Of a DNA stretch of 64,000 nucleotides, positions 39,019 to 49,143 are shown piece by piece. A program made the translations under genes and the position numbers. Under the pieces are notes generated by a model that did no database searches, was not told the DNA's origin, and was given only the letters and a program-made list of their open reading frames with translations. This stretch comes from Patescibacteria group bacterium. GTDB lineage: Bacteria > Patescibacteriota > Dojkabacteria > J137. The DNA lies in contig BOLA01000001.1 in NCBI GenBank assembly GCA_016861265.1, positions 331,569 to 395,568 of the forward strand, read 5' to 3'. Every line of letters begins with the position of its first letter. Positions within the stretch are counted from its first letter, which is position 1.

Positions 39019-39519
39019 TTATTTCGACCAATCAGAACAGGAATTCTGTTCAGAAGGTTCTACTTTTTCTAATAAATAAAATAAAGTATTTAATTCTTCC
39101 GTTGTTAAATTTTTAAATGCTGGACTTATTGAGTTAAAGTAGCCTTTCTTAAAATTATCGAAACGGGATCTCGCATAATCAGTTAATTTTATTTTTAACG
39201 CTCTTCTATCTTGAGGGTCGGCTTCCCTTTTTACAAGTTTTTTTTCAATTAAAATATCAATAAATTGAGTAACGGCACCAGAGGTAACTCTACTAAACCT
39301 AGCTAAATCTTTAACTGATATACCTTCTTTAGATTTAGCCACAATAAATAGAAAAAAAATCTGCCTTCTGCTCAACTTTAGATCCGAAAAGGGCATGAAT
39401 TCGTTATGCCTTGTATGCATACGATTATGACGGCCATGTACATTCTGATGTAAACACCTGAATAATTCATCTAATCTTTCGAGTATTTTTTGGGATAAGT
39501 CTTCTCGTTTTTGCTCCAT
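39019..39519 (-). CDS. MarR-family transcriptional regulator
   Basis: KDLA....VTSGAVT...L.EKKLVKR..DPQDRR. Confidence 0.92.
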   Translation of the reverse strand: MEQKREDLSQKILERLDELFRCLHQNVHGRHNRMHTRHNEFMPFSDLKLSRRQIFFLFIVAKSKEGISVKDLARFSRVTSGAVTQFIDILIEKKLVKREADPQDRRALKIKLTDYARSRFDNFKKGYFNSISPAFKNLTTEELNTLFYLLEKVEPSEQNSCSDWSK

Positions 39520-39523
39520 ATTG

Positions 39524-39553
39524 TTTAGCGACTAAATATATAAGCAACTAAAC
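39524..39553. promoter_or_regulatory. Putative MarR operator(s)
   Basis: TTTAG-cga-CTAAA palindrome plus a second imperfect copy directly upstream of marR, near TTGACA (39562-39567, minus strand). Confidence 0.5.
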
Positions 39554-39567
39554 TATTTTACTGTCAA

Positions 39568-40656
39568 TCAAGAACTTCTTTTTTGATTTAGCCATTGGTT
39601 AAGAGTAAGACCACTTTCTTTGTGTTGTTTTGCATTCTCTATTCCAACATATCGCCAATGCCATGCTTCATGAAGATAACCCGTCTCGGTTTCCTTATTG
39701 GTAGGGTAAGATTGAACATACCCGTATTTATAAGCGTTATCTATAAGCCATCTGCCTAATGCTCCATTTTCAAAATCGTTAGTAAGATCAAATCCTGTTT
39801 CCTCATCCACAAAATCCACCACAGTACCCAATTGATGTTCTGAAAACCCAGGGCGTGCTGAGACTTTATCTGCTTCCTCCTGCCCCAATTGTCTTACCCA
39901 ACTAGCATAAGTTTTATACTGGTCGTTGTAACTTCTATATCCAGAGGCAATTACTAAGTTCTTAGATAACTGAGTCTGTGCATCTTTTGCCATTAATCTA
40001 AGTGCATCCCCGGCTTCAGTGGTTATTAAAATAGGTTCGCTACTATTTGTATATAAAAGCAAATCCTTATTAACATCTACTAAATTTTTTGGTGCATAAT
40101 CTAAAGGCAGTTTGTTTTGCTTATCTACTAATGCCAGTAAACTATCTCCATCGGCAGTGTACGAAAAATTTTCCCAATCCCCTATCTCAGATAATCCGAA
40201 TGGCAAATTAAATGCCTGTCTTGAGCCTGAAATATTAATATCTCCGGCAGCCGTATTTACATCTTCTAATCTGATTTTTTGATTAAAGTCACCTACACCA
40301 ATATTATTAACCTTTACCACATACCAATAGAATGGATTGTCCTGATTTGGTTTTTGAGATAAAAAGAATTCGTATTTTGTATTTTCCGAGGGTTTTAGTT
40401 CAGTCTTAGTTTTAAGAGTAAATGTAGCAGAATTTTGAAGTGTAAGAAGGCTGTTATCTGTATATTCAACTTCGATTGGTTTTACTTCTTTTGCAGTCCC
40501 CTCCGTTTTAGGATTAATAACATGTTCTACAGCAGTTCGAATTACTTCAAATTGATTAGTACCAGTAATTTGTGTAGATACCAATAGGCTAACAATTGCT
40601 ATGAATAAAGCAATTATTACTATAAAAATTAAACGCCTTAGTATTTTGCCAATCAT
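39568..40656 (-). CDS. D-Ala-D-Ala carboxypeptidase, M15B/VanY-like, membrane anchored
   Basis: SGYRSY, ARPGFSEHQLG..VD, HEAWHWRYVG. Confidence 0.92.
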   Translation of the reverse strand: MIGKILRRLIFIVIIALFIAIVSLLVSTQITGTNQFEVIRTAVEHVINPKTEGTAKEVKPIEVEYTDNSLLTLQNSATFTLKTKTELKPSENTKYEFFLSQKPNQDNPFYWYVVKVNNIGVGDFNQKIRLEDVNTAAGDINISGSRQAFNLPFGLSEIGDWENFSYTADGDSLLALVDKQNKLPLDYAPKNLVDVNKDLLLYTNSSEPILITTEAGDALRLMAKDAQTQLSKNLVIASGYRSYNDQYKTYASWVRQLGQEEADKVSARPGFSEHQLGTVVDFVDEETGFDLTNDFENGALGRWLIDNAYKYGYVQSYPTNKETETGYLHEAWHWRYVGIENAKQHKESGLTLNQWLNQKRSS

Positions 40657-40712
40657 ATTAAGTTACTTAAAATATTATTAATATTATATGTCAAAAACAA
40701 AATTCATATATA

Positions 40713-41546
40713 TTAATCTATGGAATATGTATTCTCTAGCGAAAAATCTCCTACTCTAGTTCTTTCTAATGAAATTAAACTAGCAGGAATTCCAAGAGAT
40801 CTGCCTATATCAATTGCAAGTTGGCGTATATAAGTACCCTTCGAGACACTTACCAATACGTCAATGTAGTTATACTCATTTAGAGGAAAATCATATTCGG
40901 TGAGCTGCTTTTGTTTATGACCAAACACGCTATTAAATGTATTTACAATTTGTGTTCTGCTTAATACTCCCGAGTCGATTAAATCAATGTTATATATTTT
41001 AACCTCCTTAACTGGCAGTGTAACCTTATATACTGATTTTCCATTTATATCAAAAAATTCAACTTCGTTATTGAGGTTAAACTTAAAAGCTGAGTATTGT
41101 CTTGCAAGTTCACGCAATTTTTTGCCGTTCACTTTTACGGAAGAAAATAAGGGCACTGTTTGATTATAGCCCGGCAAGAATGATTTTAATTTTACATTTA
41201 TATCTTTTAAGTCTATATTAACTCCCTCTTTAGATTTATCTACAAGGTCGCCTTCCGGGTCACCAGAATTAGTCTCAATTCCGAGTAAGATTCTTGCCTT
41301 ATATTCTTTATCGTTATTTAAAAACTTATCCGATAGCTTTGTTGCTTTGCCTACTAATATAATAAGTAGGCCGCTGGCAAAAGGATCTAAAGTTCCAGCA
41401 TGACCAACTTTTTTTGTATTAAAGTGTCTTCTGAACTTATAGACTATATCGTGTGAAGAGACTCCAACTGGTTTGTTATATGCAAATACTCCATGAGTTC
41501 GTCCAAACTCATCTGTGTTAATTTTATTTACCTGAAAGCTTTCCAT
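40713..41546 (-). CDS. truB: tRNA pseudouridine(55) synthase
   Basis: KVGHAGTLDPFASG, SKGTYIRQLA. Confidence 0.95.
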   Translation of the reverse strand: MESFQVNKINTDEFGRTHGVFAYNKPVGVSSHDIVYKFRRHFNTKKVGHAGTLDPFASGLLIILVGKATKLSDKFLNNDKEYKARILLGIETNSGDPEGDLVDKSKEGVNIDLKDINVKLKSFLPGYNQTVPLFSSVKVNGKKLRELARQYSAFKFNLNNEVEFFDINGKSVYKVTLPVKEVKIYNIDLIDSGVLSRTQIVNTFNSVFGHKQKQLTEYDFPLNEYNYIDVLVSVSKGTYIRQLAIDIGRSLGIPASLISLERTRVGDFSLENTYSID

Positions 41547-41632
41547 AAATTCGAGTATATCATATTGGATATGGCTACTCTACTCAAAGTATATTAATCT
41601 CTGTTAAAATCATTATATTGTTAATTAAATAT

Positions 41633-41995
41633 ATGAGCGACATTATTAAAGAAGAACAGGAGAAAAGAAGAGAACTAACACAAGAACTTGGAAAACGAAT
41701 TAAACTTGCCAGGGAAGAGGCTAAAATGTCACAACTTCAAGTAGGAGTAGCGCTAGCAGTATCTGATAAGACTATCAGTGGATATGAATCAGGACGAATA
41801 GCTCCACCTATCGATAAATTAATTCACCTTGCCGATTTATTTAAAAAACCAATAGCATTTTTTCTAGGTGCCGACCCAAGAGATTATAAAGTAGCTTCAA
41901 GATTACGTGCCGTAGAAGTAGCATTAAGGGATGTGCGAAAACAGTTGAATGAAATTAGACTTATAAGTCAAAACCAGGATCTAGACGAAAATTGA
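41633..41995 (+). CDS. XRE-family HTH regulator with C-terminal coiled coil
   Basis: LGKRIKLAREEAKMSQ..VG....VSDKTISGYESG. Confidence 0.9.
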   Translation: MSDIIKEEQEKRRELTQELGKRIKLAREEAKMSQLQVGVALAVSDKTISGYESGRIAPPIDKLIHLADLFKKPIAFFLGADPRDYKVASRLRAVEVALRDVRKQLNEIRLISQNQDLDEN

Positions 41996-42006
41996 GAATA
42001 AAAAAA

Positions 42007-42088
42007 TGCAATCGGAGGGAATCGAACCCTCACCTCTTGCGAGACTGGTTCCTAAGACCAGCGCGTATACCAGTTCCGCCACGATTGC
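42007..42088 (-). tRNA. tRNA-Leu (UAG), CCA not encoded
   Basis: GCAATCGTGGCGGAACTGGTATACGCGCTGGTCT-TAG-GAACCAG, long variable arm, GGTTCGATTCC, CGATTGCA. Confidence 0.95.
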
Positions 42089-42124
42089 ATATAACATACA
42101 GCCCGACAATCCAATTGCTTCCAT

Positions 42125-42207
42125 GTATACTCCCTAAAGGGACTAAGATCTTCTTGAATTCGCAAAGCTCATTAAGAATCTCTGGAGCAGTTCCGCCACG
42201 ATTGCAT
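42125..42207 (-). repeat. Duplicate of the tRNA-Leu 5' end interrupted by a 57-nt structured insert
   Basis: 42188-42207 is identical to 42071-42090; gtatac at 42125-42130 continues the tRNA sequence after the insert. Confidence 0.85.
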
Positions 42208-42240
42208 GTAGGGAATTTTAGCCGAAACCGCAGCAATTGT

Positions 42241-44994
42241 CTATCTGAAATTCTTTTTTAATCTTCTTCTTTTACGGGCGTACTTATTAGCAAATACTAC
42301 CACAGCAGTTGTAGAAACTAGGAAAGTCAGCGCAATTAAGGGAATTGAAACTCCGGTGTCAGCCAACAAACCTCCTCCATTTCCATTACTTCCGCCAGAA
42401 CCGTTTCCACCGCCACCATTACTTACAGAAATAACAACTGAATTAGTCCCATAGTCAATTCGCAAAGTATTTCCGCCAACAGTGAATGTTGACCCGTTAG
42501 GCAAGCCATTAAATGTTCCAATCAAAACACTCGATGATTGTACTATGGTAAAAGTATTGCCCGAAGTAGGACTAAAGCCCAGGGTAACATTTAAAGTTGC
42601 ATTGTTTAAATTAATGCTTCCATCCACGTTCAGTTGATCGTATTGGCTTCCAACAGTAGTTCCGTTTAACTCCACATTAAAGCTATTGGTGTTTGCAAAT
42701 GCTACATTTCCAGTAACATTTAATATTCCAGGACTATTACCAGGTGCGATTCCTCCTGTACCACCACCCACAATAACTCCTACTCTACCTGTACCACCTA
42801 GAAACCCTGTAGTGCCTAAATTAACGGTACTCGATGGCTGTTGTCCATTGACGATTAATTTCCCCGCATTTATATTAGTTGAACCCGTATAATTATTGTT
42901 GCCTGCGAATGTTTGTATACCAGTACCCACTTTAGTAATGGAACCATTACCGGAAATAACACCGCTGAATGTCTGGTCGCTATTATTAGCACCTACAGTT
43001 AAAATGGCATTACCTAAAGAAATAGTAGAACCCGCATCTCCGGATAAAGCACCTAGAGTCTCTGAAAATGAATTTAGATCAAAAGATGAATACTGATTTA
43101 TATGCATACCAATTGTATCGGGAATTATATTTACACTTGCATTTTTTCTGAGTGTAACATCACCTAAAAGTACGGCTGCAACATTAAAATTATTAGCTGC
43201 ACCTAGCTGAATATAACCAGATCCAGGATTAAATCTTTGAAAAATTAAATTCTGATCTGCTGTACCGCTTATTGCTCCAGTGATAGTTAAAATTGAGTCC
43301 CCTAATATTGAGATTAAAATATTGTCACTACCCTGTATAGTTATTGGACCACCGTAGGTATTGGAATCACTTTGTGAACTTAATGCCCCATTAAAGTTAT
43401 TACCAGATCCGCTAATTGTTAGTGGTTCACTAGTAATATTAACGTTACTAGAAAGAGAGAGCACACCACCTTGATTCACGACTGTGCCAGTTGAACTGTC
43501 TCCTAAGGCTGCTGAATTTGCAGCAACTAATCTAGCACCATTTAATATTGTAACAAGTCCAGTAAATGTATTAACACCATGAAACGCAATTCCATTTCCA
43601 CTTATTGTTATATTTTCAGATCCCTGCAAAATATTATTCACGTTACATCTATCAGCCAGTCCCGGTGCGGAAGAAAACTCGACTTCTCCTAACAATGTCA
43701 ACTCATCACCGGTTATCTCTCCAATTCCTCCATCATCGGTACAGTAAATGTTTGGTGCAGAAATTCCTACATTACCAAAATATGCTCTAAGACTCCCGCC
43801 TTCTATATATAAATCATCTGTTATTACAGTTGAGCCTACCAAATTTGCTCTTCCGCCAGAATATAGATTAAGCGAGGAAATATTATTAGTCTGCCAATCA
43901 CTTTCAAAAGCAAGAATACCATCACTATAGATTTCAATTGTTGCATTCGAGTTGAACTGATCATCTTGATAACCCTGTAACCATGCGCTTTCGGTACCCC
44001 CACTATCATCTCCTATCGTAATAAGATTAGAGACAATTGCTAAGCCTGAACTCTTATTTAGTCTTAAAACTCCATCTTCGACATATGTATCTCCTTCATA
44101 AGTATTACCTTGAGAACCAGTGAACCATAAGATTCCAGTTCCAGATTTGTGGATTTCTGATGTACCCGAAATTATACCGGACAAAGTTAAACTTCCTGCT
44201 TCAACATTAAACCAAGTAGAACCGAATGGTAGATCTATATCAGAAGCCCATGTGTTATCACCGGAAATATTACGCATTGCTCCAGTGACCCCATATTCCC
44301 AGCCTCCGCCATCCAGAGATAAACTAGTCGTACTAATTGTAATATCACCTTCAAGTTCAATTGTCTTCTCGTTATAGGCCGTAACTGCCGTATTTTGAAG
44401 TGCCGTAGAGGATGCCAGTCTCAAGATTCCAAATTCTACCGTCGTACTACCCGAGAATGTATTATCACCTGATAAAATTAATGTACCAGAGCCGTGCTTA
44501 TAAAGATCCTCCCCACCTCCAATATCACCAGTAAAATTAACGTATGTATGTTCATCGTAGACGCTCAAATTTAAATAATCGAATACAATTGTTATGTTAA
44601 TTGGCCATTCGAGAGTTCCTGAATCATCATCGTCATCAAACATAAAATCACCTCTCAGGTTAATGTCGTTCCCTGAAAATTCATAAGAATCCCAACCTAT
44701 AGTTATTCCATTAATATTTATATTTACTGGTAAATCATTAACGGTAGAATACACTTCTCCATCATTAGGAAAAGGGAATACTAGATCGTCCCAGTCTGTT
44801 GGCACTGTACATCCGTCCCAATTGCCGCTGGTTGCCCACTCATTATTAACATTACCGGTCCATGTACAAGTAGCTGCACTAACCTTACTTTGTGAGCTTA
44901 TTATTATTGAAAGAATTGCAAATAATATTGCAGGAATTAAGAAATTTAATAAGTACCTATTACCTCTAATTTTAATCATATGTCCATAATACAT
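42241..44994 (-). CDS. Surface protein with autotransporter-associated beta-strand repeats and a sortase-type LADTG-TM-basic tail
   Basis: Repeated K.G.G.L.L.G.NT(F/Y).G.T.V..G.L; C-terminal LADTG + hydrophobic helix + RKRRRLKK. Confidence 0.85.
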   Translation of the reverse strand: MYYGHMIKIRGNRYLLNFLIPAILFAILSIIISSQSKVSAATCTWTGNVNNEWATSGNWDGCTVPTDWDDLVFPFPNDGEVYSTVNDLPVNININGITIGWDSYEFSGNDINLRGDFMFDDDDDSGTLEWPINITIVFDYLNLSVYDEHTYVNFTGDIGGGEDLYKHGSGTLILSGDNTFSGSTTVEFGILRLASSTALQNTAVTAYNEKTIELEGDITISTTSLSLDGGGWEYGVTGAMRNISGDNTWASDIDLPFGSTWFNVEAGSLTLSGIISGTSEIHKSGTGILWFTGSQGNTYEGDTYVEDGVLRLNKSSGLAIVSNLITIGDDSGGTESAWLQGYQDDQFNSNATIEIYSDGILAFESDWQTNNISSLNLYSGGRANLVGSTVITDDLYIEGGSLRAYFGNVGISAPNIYCTDDGGIGEITGDELTLLGEVEFSSAPGLADRCNVNNILQGSENITISGNGIAFHGVNTFTGLVTILNGARLVAANSAALGDSSTGTVVNQGGVLSLSSNVNITSEPLTISGSGNNFNGALSSQSDSNTYGGPITIQGSDNILISILGDSILTITGAISGTADQNLIFQRFNPGSGYIQLGAANNFNVAAVLLGDVTLRKNASVNIIPDTIGMHINQYSSFDLNSFSETLGALSGDAGSTISLGNAILTVGANNSDQTFSGVISGNGSITKVGTGIQTFAGNNNYTGSTNINAGKLIVNGQQPSSTVNLGTTGFLGGTGRVGVIVGGGTGGIAPGNSPGILNVTGNVAFANTNSFNVELNGTTVGSQYDQLNVDGSINLNNATLNVTLGFSPTSGNTFTIVQSSSVLIGTFNGLPNGSTFTVGGNTLRIDYGTNSVVISVSNGGGGNGSGGSNGNGGGLLADTGVSIPLIALTFLVSTTAVVVFANKYARKRRRLKKNFR

Positions 44995-45016
44995 GCATTA
45001 AAATTTCATTTCAACA

Positions 45017-45667
45017 TTACTCAAAACCTATAAGGTTGGCTTTCACTACAAATCGCTTATCTGAGGTATATAGAGGAGTACATGTGTAGAGTGTAATTTC
45101 TCTTACCAAACTTGTATCTGCGTCTCTTATTTCTACTTGATCGGGATTAACTAGCATTGTGTTGTAGACTTTATACCAAAAGGTTCTGCCTTGCCACTTA
45201 ATATAAATATCATCGCCTATGCTTACTTCTTCTAGATTGTAGAATGTATTTGTGTTGGGTGGTAAGTACTGAAACCTATGGCCTGCAAGTACCATATTAC
45301 CAGGTACCAGCGGAGTTGATGACTGTGACTCTCTCCACACTCCCTCATAAATATTTAAGACATCTAGAGATTCACCTTCTACAATATTTGTATTAACTCC
45401 AATCTTTGGAATTAGTAAAACATTTTTTTCTTCATTTGTAGCATTTGATTGTATTGTTAGGGAATTAGTGGCATCTGCTGTATTTAAACGAGCAAAAGAT
45501 ACGGGATTTTGATATTCTTTTGTTAAAAGAGAGTTAAAATAATATTGTACTTTTGGCCAGTATGGATAGATTAAATATACAACTACCACAACTACGCTAA
45601 AAGCAATTAAAATTTTAGGTAATACTGATTGTGTTTTATTTGTCTTTTGGTTTTTAACTTTAAACAT
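45017..45667 (-). CDS. Sortase
   Basis: LIPKIGV, GNMVLAGHR, ITLYTCTP, KRFVV (His-Cys-Arg triad); N-terminal TM. Confidence 0.93.
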   Translation of the reverse strand: MFKVKNQKTNKTQSVLPKILIAFSVVVVVVYLIYPYWPKVQYYFNSLLTKEYQNPVSFARLNTADATNSLTIQSNATNEEKNVLLIPKIGVNTNIVEGESLDVLNIYEGVWRESQSSTPLVPGNMVLAGHRFQYLPPNTNTFYNLEEVSIGDDIYIKWQGRTFWYKVYNTMLVNPDQVEIRDADTSLVREITLYTCTPLYTSDKRFVVKANLIGFE

Positions 45668-45705
45668 TATTAGTACAAAGTATTAGTTACCAAGTTAAAT
45701 TTAAT

Positions 45706-47700
45706 ATGAAAAATCTATTATTGATTTCCTTTTTTGCATTAACTGCAATTATTTTACATTCTACACTAACGCTTAAAGTTAAAGCAGTATCTTTTGAATA
45801 CCCTGAATATAATGTAGACGTAAGTATTAATAAAGATTCGAGTTTTAAAGTAAAGGAAACTGCAATCTATTTAGTATATGGAGATTTTCATGGTCTAAGA
45901 AGAGGCTTGACATTATCGGATCCTAATAGAGATGAATTATGTACTACAACTAATAATTACTATTGTGGAGGCTTTGACAGGGTCGTTGTGAATTCGGTAA
46001 AAGATCTTAAAGGTAACGATATTACCGATAAAGTTAATTTGTACAATATTACCGATGAAGACACAGATGTAAGTTCATTAAGATTTGAGTGGGAAATTTT
46101 CCCTGACGGAGAGTATCAAAATGGAGATCAATTCGGTTGGATTCTAGATTACACAATTTATGGAGGGATAGTTAATGCCAATAATATTCCATATTTCTAT
46201 TGGAATATGCTTCCTGAAAATAGAAATGGAATTGTGGATTCATCAACAATGACCATTACGCTACCTAATCAAGCAAGCGTAAGGGAATCAGATATTCAAG
46301 TTTACTCATCATTAAGATATAACCTTAAATCTAGTGGCAATGTAATATCTGTAACGGCTAAGAATTTACCCTCGCTGTCCCCTTTTACTATTGCATACAA
46401 GTTCAATAATAATGAAATCGAACTACCTGGCCAGATTTCCTACTCACTCTCACCTGCATTTGGTTCGAAAATATTTTTAGACAATATTGATATAACTGAT
46501 CAGGTAGATGGCTTAATTAAAGCTGTACCGACTGGTGAACGAAAATTGAGATTTGAACATATTGGCTACCAAACTCTTGAGCAAACGGTCAACGTAAAGT
46601 CGGGGGAAACAGAAATAGTTGATGCAAACCTAACACCGGAACCTTGGATGCAAATTCTATTATTAATAAATAATATTATTTGTCTATGCGGATGCATATT
46701 AATTCCAATTTCTTTAGTTGCTGTTTATTACATTTACAGAAAAAAAGGAAGAGATGTTGATATGCCCAAAACCATAATTCCATTATTCAAGCCGCCTATA
46801 AATACAGCTCCATATATGGTAGGTTCAATCGTTGACGAACAAGTCGATAAGCAAGATATCGTTGGAACAATTATTGATCTAGCATACAGAGGTTACTTAA
46901 AGATTAAGGAAGTAGAAAAGAATAAGAATTACGAATTAACAAAATTAGAAGGAAAACCGGGTGATAGCGGCCTTAATTCAATGGAGAAGGATGTAATGAA
47001 TGCGATTTTTAAGAATAGCGATGTAATCGAAACTAAAGAGCTTGGAAAGACTTTCCCCTTAGATTACATCAAACTACAGAATAGTATTTATAAAGAAATG
47101 GTAGCATTGGATTACTTTAAACGATCACCAGTAACAACAATTGGAACTTATGTTGGGATTGGAATTATGCTTACTGCATTAGGCTTAGTAAGTACAATAC
47201 TATTCACTGTATTCCTAGTTTCATTCCTAGGCGTACTGACAATATTTACCCCAGGCTTTGTATTAATAGCAGCAGGAATTGCATTCATAATTGTAGCAAA
47301 ATTCATGCCGGCTAAGACTACCAAGGGCAGTAAACTTTATGCCGATATTCTAGGCTTTAAGATGTATATGAATACAGCAGAAAGATACACTGTTCAAAAC
47401 TTAGAACCCGAAGACTTTGTAAGGTATTTAGGTTACGCAATTGTATTTGGAATAGAAAGGCAATGGGCTAAGAAATTCGAAGGCATTTACAAAGGAATAC
47501 CTGATTGGTATGAAGGATCTGGTAATATTTATGATGTTTATTGGATTAGTTCTTTTGCAAGAAACTTTAGCAATTCTACAGTTCAAAGTATGACGCCGGT
47601 TACCACAAGCAGTTCATCTGGAAGTGGTTGGAGTGGAAGCGGATCCTTCGGAGGATTCTCCGGAGGAGGTGGCGGTGGCGGCTCCTCCGGTGGTTGGTAA
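45706..47700 (+). CDS. DUF2207-like membrane protein with a PEGA-like insert
   Basis: Signal peptide, FYWN, TIIDLAYRGYL, YAIVFG, Gly/Ser tail ending GGGGGGSSGGW. Confidence 0.85.
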   Translation: MKNLLLISFFALTAIILHSTLTLKVKAVSFEYPEYNVDVSINKDSSFKVKETAIYLVYGDFHGLRRGLTLSDPNRDELCTTTNNYYCGGFDRVVVNSVKDLKGNDITDKVNLYNITDEDTDVSSLRFEWEIFPDGEYQNGDQFGWILDYTIYGGIVNANNIPYFYWNMLPENRNGIVDSSTMTITLPNQASVRESDIQVYSSLRYNLKSSGNVISVTAKNLPSLSPFTIAYKFNNNEIELPGQISYSLSPAFGSKIFLDNIDITDQVDGLIKAVPTGERKLRFEHIGYQTLEQTVNVKSGETEIVDANLTPEPWMQILLLINNIICLCGCILIPISLVAVYYIYRKKGRDVDMPKTIIPLFKPPINTAPYMVGSIVDEQVDKQDIVGTIIDLAYRGYLKIKEVEKNKNYELTKLEGKPGDSGLNSMEKDVMNAIFKNSDVIETKELGKTFPLDYIKLQNSIYKEMVALDYFKRSPVTTIGTYVGIGIMLTALGLVSTILFTVFLVSFLGVLTIFTPGFVLIAAGIAFIIVAKFMPAKTTKGSKLYADILGFKMYMNTAERYTVQNLEPEDFVRYLGYAIVFGIERQWAKKFEGIYKGIPDWYEGSGNIYDVYWISSFARNFSNSTVQSMTPVTTSSSSGSGWSGSGSFGGFSGGGGGGGSSGGW

Positions 47701-47707
47701 AATTACA

Positions 47708-48424
47708 TTATAATATAGCAGCCTTTGCGATCATTCTTATAGTAGAAGATAAGTTTTTATTCCTTGCAATTCTTCCTGCAAGCTCGATCGTAACGATAGG
47801 ATTTGCTTCGATATGGGAAATAACAAAATTCTTATAATCTTGAATATTTTCGAATCCCCTTTCTATTGCGTAATTATCGTCTAGGCCGTTGAACAAAACG
47901 TCAACAAATATTCTTACATATTCAAATTTGTAACTAGGCGATTCTTTTCTACCCACATTAGGGACTCCAGTTGCCTCTACTCCGCTTAACTCCTCAACTA
48001 CTTCTTGAGCTACTTCGGCACCTCCTTGTTCAAGGGCAGAAGCAAAATTTGCCTCCATATTACTATTCTCTAGGGCATCTAATACTGCATTTTCAGCATC
48101 AGCCACAACTAAGGTTTCCATTGGAGACTGAGTATCTTCTACTGTTTCCACTTCATTATCTACTACGGCCACCTCTTCAGTTGGAGTTTCTCCTGTTAGC
48201 ATATCTCTTTTTCTCTCTAAAGCTATAATTTCACGATTTAGGTCTGCAAGTTTCCTTACATAACTTTTTTGTGTTCCTGGCGCACTATTCCAAGGTTTTT
48301 GGCTTTGTTCGGTCCAGAAGTTTACAGCTCTTTTTTTCAGATCAATAGAAGCTTCTATATCTCTAACCTGATCTTCTAAAGTATATACCCTTTCACTTTC
48401 AACATGCTGTCTCCAATTTGACAT
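47708..48424 (-). CDS. Hypothetical acidic coiled-coil protein
   Basis: 238-aa ORF, no recognised family. Confidence 0.65.
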   Translation of the reverse strand: MSNWRQHVESERVYTLEDQVRDIEASIDLKKRAVNFWTEQSQKPWNSAPGTQKSYVRKLADLNREIIALERKRDMLTGETPTEEVAVVDNEVETVEDTQSPMETLVVADAENAVLDALENSNMEANFASALEQGGAEVAQEVVEELSGVEATGVPNVGRKESPSYKFEYVRIFVDVLFNGLDDNYAIERGFENIQDYKNFVISHIEANPIVTIELAGRIARNKNLSSTIRMIAKAAIL

Positions 48425-48494
48425 ATTAAATACATAAAAATTAAAAGTCTATAACCATAATAAACTTATAATTTAACAATTGTAAAGTTTTGCC

Positions 48495-49013
48495 TTAGAA
48501 GGAAACGCTTATCGACTTCTCCACGGAATCTAATGTATTGGGATTACCTAATGTGGATGAAGGTAATATAGAAACTGAAGTGAATTTGCCCGAAGACTGA
48601 AGTTTGTTGAAAACTATCTTTGCAATAGTCGATACACCTTTCAAACCCTCTGTTGACTTAGTCGAAATTTGAAGAGTGATTTTTCCTTCTGAAGTATCAA
48701 TTTTTTGATTTAAGGCAATAATACTCGAAGGCATTACAATATCTTCAACTTCTAATATATTTTTATCGAATTCTACTTCCACAGTACCTTCAGTAATTTT
48801 TTGCATGTCTAGTATTTGAGCATTTACATCAATAACAATTTTATCGGGGTAAATTATATTATCTTCAATCTGGCTTAAACCCAATACGTTATAGACATTT
48901 GCTGAAGATGTATCTATTGAATTATCGGAATTTATCCTTCCAATTAAATAAACACCACCCAAAATAGCAGCTGCAACTGTCGCAATAAATAAAGTATTTC
49001 TAAATCTTTCCAT
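48495..49013 (-). CDS. Membrane-anchored cohesin-like domain protein
   Basis: TM after MERFR; V.FDKNILEV...GKI......G...IAKIVF pattern. Confidence 0.55.
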   Translation of the reverse strand: MERFRNTLFIATVAAAILGGVYLIGRINSDNSIDTSSANVYNVLGLSQIEDNIIYPDKIVIDVNAQILDMQKITEGTVEVEFDKNILEVEDIVMPSSIIALNQKIDTSEGKITLQISTKSTEGLKGVSTIAKIVFNKLQSSGKFTSVSILPSSTLGNPNTLDSVEKSISVSF

Positions 49014-49100
49014 AGTAAAAATGTTTGCTCTTAATACATTAAACCACAAACTTATTATTTTTACACTTAGGAATTGCGAATACGTTTATACACAGACAAT

Positions 49101-49127
49101 AAAAAAGGGCACCCGAAGGGTGCCCTT
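49101..49127 (-). terminator. Intrinsic terminator after fusA
   Basis: aagggcaccc-gaa-gggtgccctt with a T-tract on the minus strand. Confidence 0.88.
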
Positions 49128-49143
49128 AAAACTTTTAGTAACT

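Noticed and set aside
41992-42261. ORFs 41992-42261 and 42030-42236
   Set aside because: They overlap tRNA-Leu and its duplicate; the peptide repeats come from the DNA repeat.
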